64,000 nt of DNA. Source: Nanobdellota archaeon (GTDB lineage Archaea; Aenigmatarchaeota; Aenigmatarchaeia; QMZP01). Location: assembly GCA_018816245.1 (NCBI GenBank), contig JAHIVW010000006.1, positions 1,647 to 65,646 of the forward strand, given 5' to 3'. The notes under the pieces are model-generated. The model worked only from the letters and a program-made list of their open reading frames with translations, ran no database searches and was not told the DNA's origin. The position numbers and the translations under genes are program-made. This document shows, piece by piece, positions 8,875-16,673 of the stretch; within the stretch, counting starts at the first letter, position 1; each line of letters starts with the position of its first letter.

Positions 8875-10153
8875 GCGATCGCTGTTTCTTCGGCGGACCC
8901 CGTGTCACAACATCCGGTTCTGGCTCCGGTGGCGGCTTGCTCGGATCGAAAATCGGCACCCCATACACGCCGTCAAATCCCGGACGGACGGTAATGTTCC
9001 CCTGACGATTCCTGATAATCAAATCAGCAATTGTTTCATCAACGTGCTTTGCAAGTTCCTCACGTGGCGTCTCAAGAAGAATAGCAAACTCCGAGCCGAA
9101 TACATTCTGGAGTTTGCTGTAGATCTCCCACACCTTCTTGGAAAACGGCTGGTTTGCCCCGATTGCAGCAGTGATGATTTCTGAAAGCGGGATGATTTTA
9201 TGGAATGGTATAGCGTCCTTTGGGTACGGTCCATCCGGCCGGTCAGCAAGCTCGTCGACCCGATGCAGCACGCCAATGGTCAATTCCTTCCCACACTTCG
9301 GACACCGCTTCCCGAGTTTCCGAGTTTCTGCTGGCTCGTAGGACACACCGCACGCACGATGCCCATCAACATGATACTTCCCGTACGACGGATCAACCTC
9401 AACAGTCGCTTTGAAGTGATCTTGGTTCTGCGTCCGGATCGCCTCCATCAGCCGGTCATACGTCAACCTCTCTTCATCAAACTCGAATACGTTCGCTTCT
9501 CGCCCAAGTCGCCACGGCCAGTACGAATGAGCATCAGAATTGGAAATCAATGCAATGTTATCCAATGCAGAGAGCCGCCGATTCATCTGCGGATCGCTCG
9601 ACAATCCTGTTTCAATGGCAAAAATATGTTTTGTCTGGTCGCCGAACGCTTCCTGTAATGAATCAAATCCGGACATGGAACCGAAGACCCCAAACCACGG
9701 TGTCCATGCATGCGCGGGAACAATAGTAATTTTCTCGGATACACTTCGCATCAATTCAACAAGCTCAAGACAACTCATCCCGAAGATGGGTCGCCCGTCA
9801 TAATCAAGCCGCCCTTTCTTTCCAAGAACATCAATAATCTGATCAACAGTCTCAAAATCCGGCGCATACAACACGTTATGAACCCGGCGTCCCTTACCTC
9901 CTTGTGAAAAAAAGTTTGCGATCTCCGTCGACAGCATGAAGCGCATCCCAGAACTGCTTTTCAGAATCCCAGTTCCATCCTCAGTGAGATTCGCTTTCAA
10001 TTCCTTGATCCATTCCGGATGCTGGAAATCACCTGTTCCAAGAAGGGAAACACCTTTCTTTGCAGCATGTGTCGATAAGGTGGCAACACTGAGATCTTTA
10101 CTGCAGGCTCGAGAATACCGACTGTGAATATGCAAGTCAGCAAAAATCCTCAT
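8846..10153 (-). CDS. endoQ: Endonuclease Q (PHP-domain deaminated-base endonuclease)
   Basis: 435 aa. The N-terminal PHP signature is ADLHIHSRYSRACS. The Zn finger is CPKCGKELTIGVLHRVDELADR. The C-terminus has a PIP-like box, QRSLTEFS. The 3' end overlaps the convergent GTPase gene by 29 nt. Confidence 0.8.
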   Translation of the reverse strand: MRIFADLHIHSRYSRACSKDLSVATLSTHAAKKGVSLLGTGDFQHPEWIKELKANLTEDGTGILKSSSGMRFMLSTEIANFFSQGGKGRRVHNVLYAPDFETVDQIIDVLGKKGRLDYDGRPIFGMSCLELVELMRSVSEKITIVPAHAWTPWFGVFGSMSGFDSLQEAFGDQTKHIFAIETGLSSDPQMNRRLSALDNIALISNSDAHSYWPWRLGREANVFEFDEERLTYDRLMEAIRTQNQDHFKATVEVDPSYGKYHVDGHRACGVSYEPAETRKLGKRCPKCGKELTIGVLHRVDELADRPDGPYPKDAIPFHKIIPLSEIITAAIGANQPFSKKVWEIYSKLQNVFGSEFAILLETPREELAKHVDETIADLIIRNRQGNITVRPGFDGVYGVPIFDPSKPPPEPEPDVVTRGPPKKQRSLTEFSKDSS

Positions 10154-11343
10154 GCCTCGTTCCTGCGTTTCTTCTTCTTTGCCTGCTCTTTCTGATGATG
10201 TTCGTCAACCCATTTCTCTGCAGCCTTTGCATCCTTTCCTTGGTCACCGATACCGCTGGTATTTCCAACACCAAAAAGAAGAATGGTCTCATTTGGCTTC
10301 GTCTGCTTCAGAAGTCGGTCAAGGCTTTCCATCACCTTCGGGACAGCGTCCTTGATCTCTTTCTTCATTGGGGTGATCGCTTCCTCGCTGCTCATTTTCA
10401 CGACAATGGAATCAAAGGGAATCTTCTTGACAACAACAACATCCTCAATAAACGATCGCTCAACTCCGATGCCGCCCATGGCGATCCCAATTCCTTCAGC
10501 AACGCTTCCTGTTTTTTCTCCCTCAAGTTTCGCGGCCGCGTCAACGGTGACAATTCGGTGCACCTTCTGCACCTTCATGACTTTCTGAACTGCATGCCCA
10601 GGGTTACCGATCCGGCCACCCGGTCCGCGTGCTTTCATCACAAGCAAGTTCCGTCCCTTCAGCTTCACTCGCGACAACATAATATCATCCATGACATGGG
10701 TTATCCGATTCGTCCCGGTCAATGTCGCTGCAACGAGCGGGCCGACACCATCACCAACAGGTTCGCCCTTCGCAAGGGCCTGCGTCCCCTTGTAGAACGA
10801 TTTTGCCATGCGCTCGATCAGCGGAATCTGCATAGAAAGAATGTATGCGAACTGATAACTCTTGGTCTTTCGTGTCAACTCAACAAAATGCCGGACGACT
10901 TTGGCGATCTCATGGACCGCAATTCCGCCTGCGAAGCCCATCTCCAGGTTCGCCTGCTCTTCGCTCGATTTCTTCGGTGCGAGCTGCTCCACGAGATAGT
11001 GGAACCGGTCTCGTTGTTGAATGAGCAGATGATCAAATTTCTTCACGATGCCTGCTGGATCGAGATCAACAGGAGTAACCATGAAGAACTCAAAGAAGCG
11101 GGAGACTGCTTCTTGGGTTTCCTTGCTCGGGTTCGGTGAGATTTCCTTGGTAATGAACATCTTCGCTTTCCTCGACAGCTCCTCGAGCTCGATTGCGGTC
11201 TTCTCAAGCTTCCCCATAATCTGCATGAGCATGAGCCTCGGATAGAGGACAAAGAAGACGATCAAGGTCCCGATTGAAAGAACCCATCCCAATGGGTCAG
11301 CACCTGTCATCCCAGGGAGGAATTGGAAGAGAACGTGGTTCAT
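10150..11343 (-). CDS. Membrane-anchored archaeal protein, DUF1512-like
   Basis: 397 aa with one N-terminal TM (LGWVLSIGTLIVFFVLYP) followed by a soluble domain. The DUF1512 assignment is from memory of the family's N-terminal architecture. The stop overlaps the EndoQ start (ATGA). Confidence 0.6.
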   Translation of the reverse strand: MNHVLFQFLPGMTGADPLGWVLSIGTLIVFFVLYPRLMLMQIMGKLEKTAIELEELSRKAKMFITKEISPNPSKETQEAVSRFFEFFMVTPVDLDPAGIVKKFDHLLIQQRDRFHYLVEQLAPKKSSEEQANLEMGFAGGIAVHEIAKVVRHFVELTRKTKSYQFAYILSMQIPLIERMAKSFYKGTQALAKGEPVGDGVGPLVAATLTGTNRITHVMDDIMLSRVKLKGRNLLVMKARGPGGRIGNPGHAVQKVMKVQKVHRIVTVDAAAKLEGEKTGSVAEGIGIAMGGIGVERSFIEDVVVVKKIPFDSIVVKMSSEEAITPMKKEIKDAVPKVMESLDRLLKQTKPNETILLFGVGNTSGIGDQGKDAKAAEKWVDEHHQKEQAKKKKRRNEA

Positions 11344-11404
11344 AAGAACACACCTTTTATGCGCGTGGTACGTATATACTGGTAGCTAATATAAAGGTAG
11401 TCCC

Positions 11405-11983
11405 ATGATCGACTGGAAAATCCTTGCAGCGGCGTTCGTGGCGCTGCTCCTGATCTCAGGGGTTCTCATCAGCAATTTTGGGGCTCAGCAAGGAGAAGAA
11501 GGGGCATTTTTCGGCAATCCCGGTGCCCAACTCTCTGACTGGCTGACAAATACACCGTTCGAGCTTCCTTTTGGCAGCAGCGGTCCTGGTCCAACAATAG
11601 CAACAGTGACGGTGACCCTTCACACACCGACAACAACAATCGAACCGACCAAGACCGTGAATATTAGCGGTCCTGTCTCGCTGAACGGGTTTCTTGGATC
11701 GATCAGCTTCACGAGTGGTGACACAATCGAGCTTGCGCAGAAAGGCCAGCCGCTTGCCGTGACTATCCCATGGGGTGATTTTTTCATTGAGCACGCAGAA
11801 ATCGGCACCTTTATGTTTGACGGGTCGTTTGCTATTCTCCCGAACATCAGCATCACGGACGGGTCCTTTGACATGCGCAACTTCGAGGGGTCGATCACGG
11901 TTACTGGAGACGACGTTGTCTTTGTCGGCGATGTGTCAAAGCTCACGACGCGGACCGGCAACCTTTCGTGGGAATTGGTATGA
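11405..11983 (+). CDS. Hypothetical N-terminally anchored, beta-rich protein
   Basis: 192 aa with N-terminal TM ILAAAFVALLLISGVLI. TATA-like CTAATATAAAGG lies about 10-20 nt upstream. The Gly/Asp/Val-rich repeats (ITDGSFDMRNFEGSITVTGDDVVFVGDV) are faintly bactofilin-like. No firm homology. Confidence 0.5.
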   Translation: MIDWKILAAAFVALLLISGVLISNFGAQQGEEGAFFGNPGAQLSDWLTNTPFELPFGSSGPGPTIATVTVTLHTPTTTIEPTKTVNISGPVSLNGFLGSISFTSGDTIELAQKGQPLAVTIPWGDFFIEHAEIGTFMFDGSFAILPNISITDGSFDMRNFEGSITVTGDDVVFVGDVSKLTTRTGNLSWELV

Positions 11984-12378
11984 GGAAACCGGTTATTGGC
12001 ATTGCAATCCTCGCCATTATTATTGTTGGTTTGTTTGTCCTTGATTCCATTGTTCGTGATCAACTCGTCCTCATCAAATGCGACGACTATGACGAAGTTG
12101 ACGAGTTTGCCGGACCCATAACCTCAGGGGCCGTTGCAAAGCAAATCGCATTAGACTACTATGAAAGCATCGGCTACCATCTCGAGGCCGACGACCTTAT
12201 TCCACGAAAAGTTGGGAACATATGGTTCATCAACGAGAATCTAGAGAATACTATGGGCAAGATAACTGAGAACCGGTGTACGATAAACAGGCGACCGGCG
12301 AACTGCTTTGGAAATCTCAAGCTTGAAGAAACCCTTTTCGGGAACACAATTTCCAAACAATACATCATCCCATGTTAG
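11980..12378 (+). CDS. Hypothetical small protein with N-terminal TM helix
   Basis: ATG 11980 overlaps the upstream stop (ATGA). The protein begins MRKPVIGIAILAIIIVGLFVL. The ORF track starts at GTG 11968. Confidence 0.5.
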   Translation: MRKPVIGIAILAIIIVGLFVLDSIVRDQLVLIKCDDYDEVDEFAGPITSGAVAKQIALDYYESIGYHLEADDLIPRKVGNIWFINENLENTMGKITENRCTINRRPANCFGNLKLEETLFGNTISKQYIIPC

Positions 12379-12381
12379 GAG

Positions 12382-12454
12382 CGCCCAGGCGAGGACTCGA
12401 ACCTCGGACCCACAGGTTAACAGCCTGTTGCTCTACCTACTGAGCTACCTGGGC
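12382..12454 (-). tRNA. tRNA-Asn(GUU): tRNA-Asn (anticodon GUU), no intron, CCA not encoded
   Basis: The reverse complement folds as GCCCAGG-TA-GCTC-AGTAGGTA-GAGC-A-ACAGG-CTGTTAA-CCTGT-GGGTC-CGAGG-TTCGAGT-CCTCG-CCTGGGC-G. All stems are Watson-Crick. Confidence 0.95.
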
Positions 12455-12481
12455 AGTGAGCCTTAGTTACCTTGCTGCAGA

Positions 12482-12488
12482 TTTAAAT
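12482..12488 (-). promoter_or_regulatory. TATA-like box for tRNA-Asn
   Basis: ATTTAAA (minus strand) lies 28-34 nt upstream of the tRNA 5' end at 12454. Confidence 0.4.
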
Positions 12489-12506
12489 GGTCCAAACCGG
12501 ATCACC

Positions 12507-12513
12507 TTTAAAT
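12507..12513 (+). promoter_or_regulatory. TATA-like box for small ORF 12537..12803
   Basis: TTTAAAT lies 24 nt upstream of ATG 12537. Confidence 0.35.
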
Positions 12514-12536
12514 CTCCTCTCGCCAACGAGGAGTCC

Positions 12537-12803
12537 ATGTCTTCCTTCGAGATTCTCGCGACCCGGTTCGACGTCCGCAAGCTCGACAAGATCTGCAATG
12601 CCAAGGACTGCACCTCGCTCCCGGCCAAGGAGATCGTGCTCTACGAGCTGGAGCACCGAACCTTCAAGAAACGGGAACTCGCTAGCATCTTTCTTTGCGC
12701 AGTCCATGCTGCGCTCATGCCCGAAGTCATGAACGAAATCAGGAAGGATGCTCCTGAGGACCGGTCCATCGAGCGGAAAGGGTACGATTTGGTGTACCAA
12801 TAA
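12537..12803 (+). CDS. Hypothetical small Cys-containing protein (88 aa)
   Basis: ORF 12456..12803 abuts the 5' end of tRNA-Asn (12454), leaving no room for a promoter. The internal ATG 12537 has a TATA box at -24 and GAGGAG just upstream. It contains C-x4-C ... C-x2-H, a possible Zn site. No recognisable family. Confidence 0.4.
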   Translation: MSSFEILATRFDVRKLDKICNAKDCTSLPAKEIVLYELEHRTFKKRELASIFLCAVHAALMPEVMNEIRKDAPEDRSIERKGYDLVYQ

Positions 12804-12815
12804 CGTACTGAACAG

Positions 12816-13520
12816 TCATTCCGATCCGTTGCGACGTTCGATCCGAAAATTCTTTCTCCGCCGTTTTCTCACCTCCGGAAAGAGCCATGCCTGGTTCGGA
12901 TCTTCCTCTGGCCCATGTAATAATTCTTTGATTAACGGTAATCGGTATTCTGGAATAAACCAAGCAGGAGCAGTTGTTATATTATAATCAGAAGAATACT
13001 TCTTGTGGGACCTCCACGAAGATCTCGGAACTATCTTTGTATAAGCAATTCCTAAGACACCGATGAGCCTATCGAGACTCCTTCGTGCTTCCCTCTCGTT
13101 CAGTTTTGTTCGCCGAGCAACTTCCCTTACGTAAAATCGAGGGTACCACCCACGACCATAGGAATCGTGCAACCAGGCCATCCTGTCATAAATCGTGTCT
13201 AAAACACCAAGGTCCTCTTCCTTGAGCGACTTCCTGAACCAGCCCGTTTCCCTCGCCTCGCTAACAGCGTCTTCATTCTCATGGGGAATATAAAATGAGA
13301 AACATTTGCGTTCATCCCGAGGGCTTTCCTCTCCTGCGTAGGTACTCCACCCCTCATCGATTCCAATAATTCCATACAACCGCCTATGAAGATTTGTGAC
13401 AAACCGCTCACTGACACCCTCCAGATAATCCGGCATCGGCTGAAGCGCGTCGCGGTCAATTTCCCTCAGAAGTTCTTCCTGTCGTTTCGTAATTCGTATT
13501 CTGTATTCGATGTTTTCCAT
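12816..13520 (-). CDS. Hypothetical protein (234 aa), possible winged-helix segment
   Basis: The ORF extends to 13721 but that part covers tRNA-Phe. The first ATG downstream of the tRNA is 13520 (MENIEYRI). YVREVARRTKLNEREARRSLDRLIGVLGI looks HTH-like. No family recognised. Confidence 0.55.
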   Translation of the reverse strand: MENIEYRIRITKRQEELLREIDRDALQPMPDYLEGVSERFVTNLHRRLYGIIGIDEGWSTYAGEESPRDERKCFSFYIPHENEDAVSEARETGWFRKSLKEEDLGVLDTIYDRMAWLHDSYGRGWYPRFYVREVARRTKLNEREARRSLDRLIGVLGIAYTKIVPRSSWRSHKKYSSDYNITTAPAWFIPEYRLPLIKELLHGPEEDPNQAWLFPEVRKRRRKNFRIERRNGSE

Positions 13521-13549
13521 TGCACGAATAGAGTCAAGAAACAATAAAA

Positions 13550-13654
13550 TGGGACGGGTGGGACTCGAACCCACGACCCCACGGTCTTCAGCTTCACAGG
13601 ATAGGAAGTCTCCCTCGCCATCCTCGTGTGCTCTCCCGGCTGAGCTACCGTCCC
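13550..13654 (-). tRNA. tRNA-Phe(GAA): tRNA-Phe (anticodon GAA) with a 32-nt intron at non-canonical position 30/31
   Basis: The reverse complement is GGGACGG-TA-GCTC-AGCCGGGA-GAGC-A-CACG[AGGATGGCGAGGGAGACTTCCTATCCTGTGAA]G-CTGAAGA-CCGTG-GGGTC-GTGGG-TTCGAGT-CCCAC-CCGTCCC-A. Removing the bracketed 32 nt gives a perfect 73-nt cloverleaf. It is followed by TTTT. Confidence 0.85.
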
Positions 13655-13679
13655 GTGACCCAACGTTTAGCAGCGGATG

Positions 13680-13687
13680 TTTATAAA
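13680..13687 (-). promoter_or_regulatory. TATA box (TTTATAAA) for tRNA-Phe
   Basis: 26-33 nt upstream of the tRNA 5' end (13654), in the 78-nt spacer shared with endA. Confidence 0.45.
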
Positions 13688-13701
13688 CAATCCCAAATTC
13701 C

Positions 13702-13710
13702 TTCTTATAT
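13702..13710 (+). promoter_or_regulatory. TATA-like box (TTCTTATAT) for endA
   Basis: Ends 23 nt upstream of ATG 13733. Confidence 0.4.
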
Positions 13711-13732
13711 CGAGAGCGCAATACAGGCCTCT

Positions 13733-14329
13733 ATGCCCCCAACAAAGCTCGATCCGCTGAACGAGCCAGACTTCGACATGAAGGCCGTCGAGGAGAAGCT
13801 TCCCAATGTCACGGGCAAGCTCCTCGAAAACGCGATCGTCGTCGAGAAGGGCTTCGCCGGCCTCGTCGAGCGCAGCTACGGGAAGGAAACCAACAACCAT
13901 TTGGAGCTCTCGCTCGTGGAGGCACTCTACCTCATTGAAAAGGACCGGCTGACCCTCAAGAAGGGCCGGAACACGTATACTGTTGAGTCGCTTCTGGATT
14001 ATACCAATGAACGGGATCCCCGGATCCGCGAGAAGTACCTCGTTTACCGGGATTTGCGGTCCCGAGGCCTGGTTGTGAAGACCGGCTTCAAATTCGGCTG
14101 CGACTTCCGCGTCTACCAGCGGGGCGTCAGCGTGAAGCGGGGCCCCAAGGCCGTCGGAGAGCATACGAAATGGATTGTCTTTGCAGTCCCTGAGGACTAT
14201 ACCTGCGCCTTCACGGAGCTCTCCCGGGCTGTCCGCCTCGCTCACTCGATCCGGGCCAGGATGCTCTGGGCGATCGTGGATAATGAGAATGACATCACCT
14301 ACTACGAAGTTGTGCGTATGCGCCCGTAA
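13733..14329 (+). CDS. endA: tRNA-splicing endonuclease (single-unit, about 198 aa)
   Basis: The ORF begins at 13628 but that part overlaps tRNA-Phe, so ATG 13733 is used. LELSLVEALYLIE, KYLVYRDLRSRGLVVKTGFKFGCDFRVYQRG, ...GEHTKWIVFAVPED and RLAHSIRARMLWAIVD align with remembered M. jannaschii EndA blocks. Confidence 0.9.
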   Translation: MPPTKLDPLNEPDFDMKAVEEKLPNVTGKLLENAIVVEKGFAGLVERSYGKETNNHLELSLVEALYLIEKDRLTLKKGRNTYTVESLLDYTNERDPRIREKYLVYRDLRSRGLVVKTGFKFGCDFRVYQRGVSVKRGPKAVGEHTKWIVFAVPEDYTCAFTELSRAVRLAHSIRARMLWAIVDNENDITYYEVVRMRP

Positions 14330-14334
14330 AGCCC

Positions 14335-14342
14335 TTTAAATA
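14335..14342 (+). promoter_or_regulatory. TATA box (TTTAAATA) for the eS17 operon
   Basis: Ends 25 nt upstream of ATG 14367. Confidence 0.45.
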
Positions 14343-14366
14343 CTTCTCGGCAATAACACTCCTGCT

Positions 14367-14561
14367 ATGGGACGCATTAAGAACATTCCAGTGAAGACGT
14401 TGGGCGACGATCTCGTTCGCCACTACCAAGTCAAGTTTGGTACCAATTTCGAGAAGAATAAAAAGTCCCTTGCGAATATTCAACCAATTAAGAGCAAGCG
14501 GGTCCGCAATCAGGTTGCGGGCCACATCACGAACAAGATGAAGAAGCTGGCGAAAGTATAG
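14367..14561 (+). CDS. rps17e: 30S ribosomal protein eS17 (S17e)
   Basis: 64 aa. MGRIKNIPVKTLGDDLVRHY...FEKNKK...SKRVRNQVAGHIT matches the archaeal S17e pattern. Confidence 0.9.
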   Translation: MGRIKNIPVKTLGDDLVRHYQVKFGTNFEKNKKSLANIQPIKSKRVRNQVAGHITNKMKKLAKV

Positions 14562-14579
14562 CTCCTTCGAAGGGGGAAC

Positions 14580-15686
14580 ATGAAGATTGCATCGCTTGCC
14601 AAAGAAGCGCTCGTTGTCAGTCCTGAGGAATCGATTTCCAAGGTCTCATCGCTGCTGCTGAAGACAAGGCAGGCCGCAGTTGTTGTCGTTGATCACGACT
14701 ACAAAGGCGTTGTCTTTGCCCAGGATCTGGCGAAACACAGCAGCAACAGCCCGGAAACAGAAAAAATCAGGAACCTCATGGAACCGGCACCCCTCCTTGA
14801 CATAAACATGAGCCTTGAAGATGCTGCAAACGTTCTCGTTCTCAATCGCGCAGATGTACTTCCTGTCAGGAAAGGAATTACCTATGCCATCATTGACAAG
14901 CTTGATATTATTGGTGTATTGAAAAAACACAAAGCATTCTCTTCGGTTACCGCAAAAGATGTCATGAAACCAGCGATGTGCGTCACGCGCAAACAGACTT
15001 TGGCTGAGGCAGTAAAAATCCTCCGTGACACTGGTATTGTTCATCTTCCTGTCGTTGACGAAAAAAATAAACTCGAAGGAATCGTTGATACAGTAGGATT
15101 CTTGAAAGCTGATGTGTCGCGGACCCGCCAACGGGCAGGTGAAGCCCGAGGGAACAAAATAAAACTTGGCAACGTTTCTGTTGCAAGTTTCATGAACAAG
15201 AAACGCCTTACCACCCTCCCGAATGCGAAGATCTCAACAGTCATTGACAAGATGCTTTCAACACAATCGCACACTGCAATTGTGGTTGACAGCGACACAA
15301 CCATGAATGTGCAAGGAATCATCACAACAACACCGCTCCTCAAACTCGTGGGCCACCCTGTTGGGGGTGGGGGTGTTTACGTTAACTTTTCCGGTTTTCA
15401 GGATGAGGATCCGTTCGTCATGCCAGGCATCGATGCTGCGGTCACGAAGTGCATCCAAAAGGTTGTCAAACTCGTTCCTGTTGATTACCTTGTGCTTCAC
15501 CAGGATCGTTTTGAAGAAAAGAAAACACACCGCATGCGACACACTGTCAATGCCCGCCTAATTACAGAGAAGGGATTCTTCTTTGCCCACGCTGAGGCAT
15601 GGGAAACAGGAAAAGCGATCAAGTCTGTCCTCGATATTCTGCTTCGCGAGGTTCTTAAAAAGAAGCAGAAGCTCAGATACCGGTAA
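14580..15686 (+). CDS. Four-CBS-domain protein with C-terminal HPF/RaiA-like (beta-alpha-beta-beta-beta-alpha) domain
   Basis: 368 aa. Four CBS repeats cover roughly aa 1-256. The C-terminal roughly 100 aa resemble the ribosome hibernation factor pattern: VYVNFSG...IDAAVTKCIQKVVKL...YLVLHQDRFE...HTVNARLITEKGFFFAHAEAW...GKAIKSVLDILLREVLKKKQK. It starts 19 nt after rps17e, with a G-rich SD-like AAGGGGGA. Confidence 0.8.
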   Translation: MKIASLAKEALVVSPEESISKVSSLLLKTRQAAVVVVDHDYKGVVFAQDLAKHSSNSPETEKIRNLMEPAPLLDINMSLEDAANVLVLNRADVLPVRKGITYAIIDKLDIIGVLKKHKAFSSVTAKDVMKPAMCVTRKQTLAEAVKILRDTGIVHLPVVDEKNKLEGIVDTVGFLKADVSRTRQRAGEARGNKIKLGNVSVASFMNKKRLTTLPNAKISTVIDKMLSTQSHTAIVVDSDTTMNVQGIITTTPLLKLVGHPVGGGGVYVNFSGFQDEDPFVMPGIDAAVTKCIQKVVKLVPVDYLVLHQDRFEEKKTHRMRHTVNARLITEKGFFFAHAEAWETGKAIKSVLDILLREVLKKKQKLRYR

Positions 15687-16626
15687 TCCCGGCACTCTGG
15701 ACCCAATTTACCCGGATGGCAGTTTCTGTATCAACAAAATAGCCGTACGTTGACCCAACTTCTATTGTCTTCGCAATGGGGCCGACCGTCCAACCCAATC
15801 CCGTTGCCTGAATTGTGCAGGTAAAGCTATTTGTTTTTCCTTTGTAGAGACCGATCGTGCGGGTTCCACAATTATGGACAAACCCACCTGGAACGGTGAT
15901 GTCGATAACCAATTCTCCCCAGTTCTCCGGATCTCCACAATTACTATAGCGATCTTTGCACACCGTCCCGCCGCCAACATTATTCACAACAATTTCGACA
16001 GGAAAGGAGACACTTCTCCCTCCTTCCAGAACATGAATCGGTCCTTTTACATTCACTCCAATGGTAACGGGCCCATTTGTGGTTGAAATTGTTCCAGAAG
16101 AAAGCGGTGCCCCGGTTGCTGCAAGGCTTTGAACGTCATCAGCTGACGCAAAAACAATCTCTTTCACCGTTTCTGTTGCATAGCTGTAGAGGACGCGGAG
16201 TTTGGGATAGTAGATGAATGATCCGCCCTGTGGCAAGTTATCACTTGTGGGTGCCGTCTTCGGGATAGAGCAGGTATGGACACCACCGGATGTCCCTGCA
16301 GTGGGATCAGCAGCTTGAATACTTTCGAAATACTGACAATTCGAGAGGAACCCAGGGCCAATGAGTTGGTCTCCAACTCCAAAGGCCTCCCAGTCTAAGC
16401 CGTGAATGTACATCTCTCCTTCAGAAACAGGAACAGATCCGGTATTCTTAAGTCGAACATCGAAATGCACGGTTTCTCCGGCGCTAATCTCAACAAAATC
16501 AGGTGCAAAATAATCAACAATGAGCCCACTTCCTTGCGTCGGCGTCGTAAAATTGAGATCACCAATCCCGGTACACCCCGGAATGAGGACAACAAGAAGC
16601 AGAAGAACTACAAGTCGAGCATCCAT
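15673..16626 (-). CDS. Secreted lipobox protein, CARDB/S-layer-domain-like, paralog 1 of 3
   Basis: 317 aa. The signal peptide ends in LIPGC|TG. CARDB-like SAGETVHFDVRLKNTGS. It shares the blocks RVLYSYAT and NGPV, and a C-terminal Cys pair (NCG...FTCTIQ), with the next two genes. Confidence 0.75.
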   Translation of the reverse strand: MDARLVVLLLLVVLIPGCTGIGDLNFTTPTQGSGLIVDYFAPDFVEISAGETVHFDVRLKNTGSVPVSEGEMYIHGLDWEAFGVGDQLIGPGFLSNCQYFESIQAADPTAGTSGGVHTCSIPKTAPTSDNLPQGGSFIYYPKLRVLYSYATETVKEIVFASADDVQSLAATGAPLSSGTISTTNGPVTIGVNVKGPIHVLEGGRSVSFPVEIVVNNVGGGTVCKDRYSNCGDPENWGELVIDITVPGGFVHNCGTRTIGLYKGKTNSFTCTIQATGLGWTVGPIAKTIEVGSTYGYFVDTETAIRVNWVQSAGITGI

Positions 16627-16673
16627 AGTCTCTATTAACTCTTTTAGGAGGGAGAACCTTTAAAGCAGGGGTT

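Noticed and set aside
12382-13654. An integrated mobile element bounded by the two tRNA genes.
   Set aside because: I see no integrase or recombinase, no duplicated tRNA 3' segment and no obvious compositional break. It is kept only as a low-interest note on orphan genes.
13521-13721. The N-terminal extension of ORF 12816..13721, and the 5' part of ORF 13628..14329.
   Set aside because: Both extensions run through the tRNA-Phe gene (13550..13654). Internal ATGs at 13520 and 13733 have properly spaced TATA boxes.
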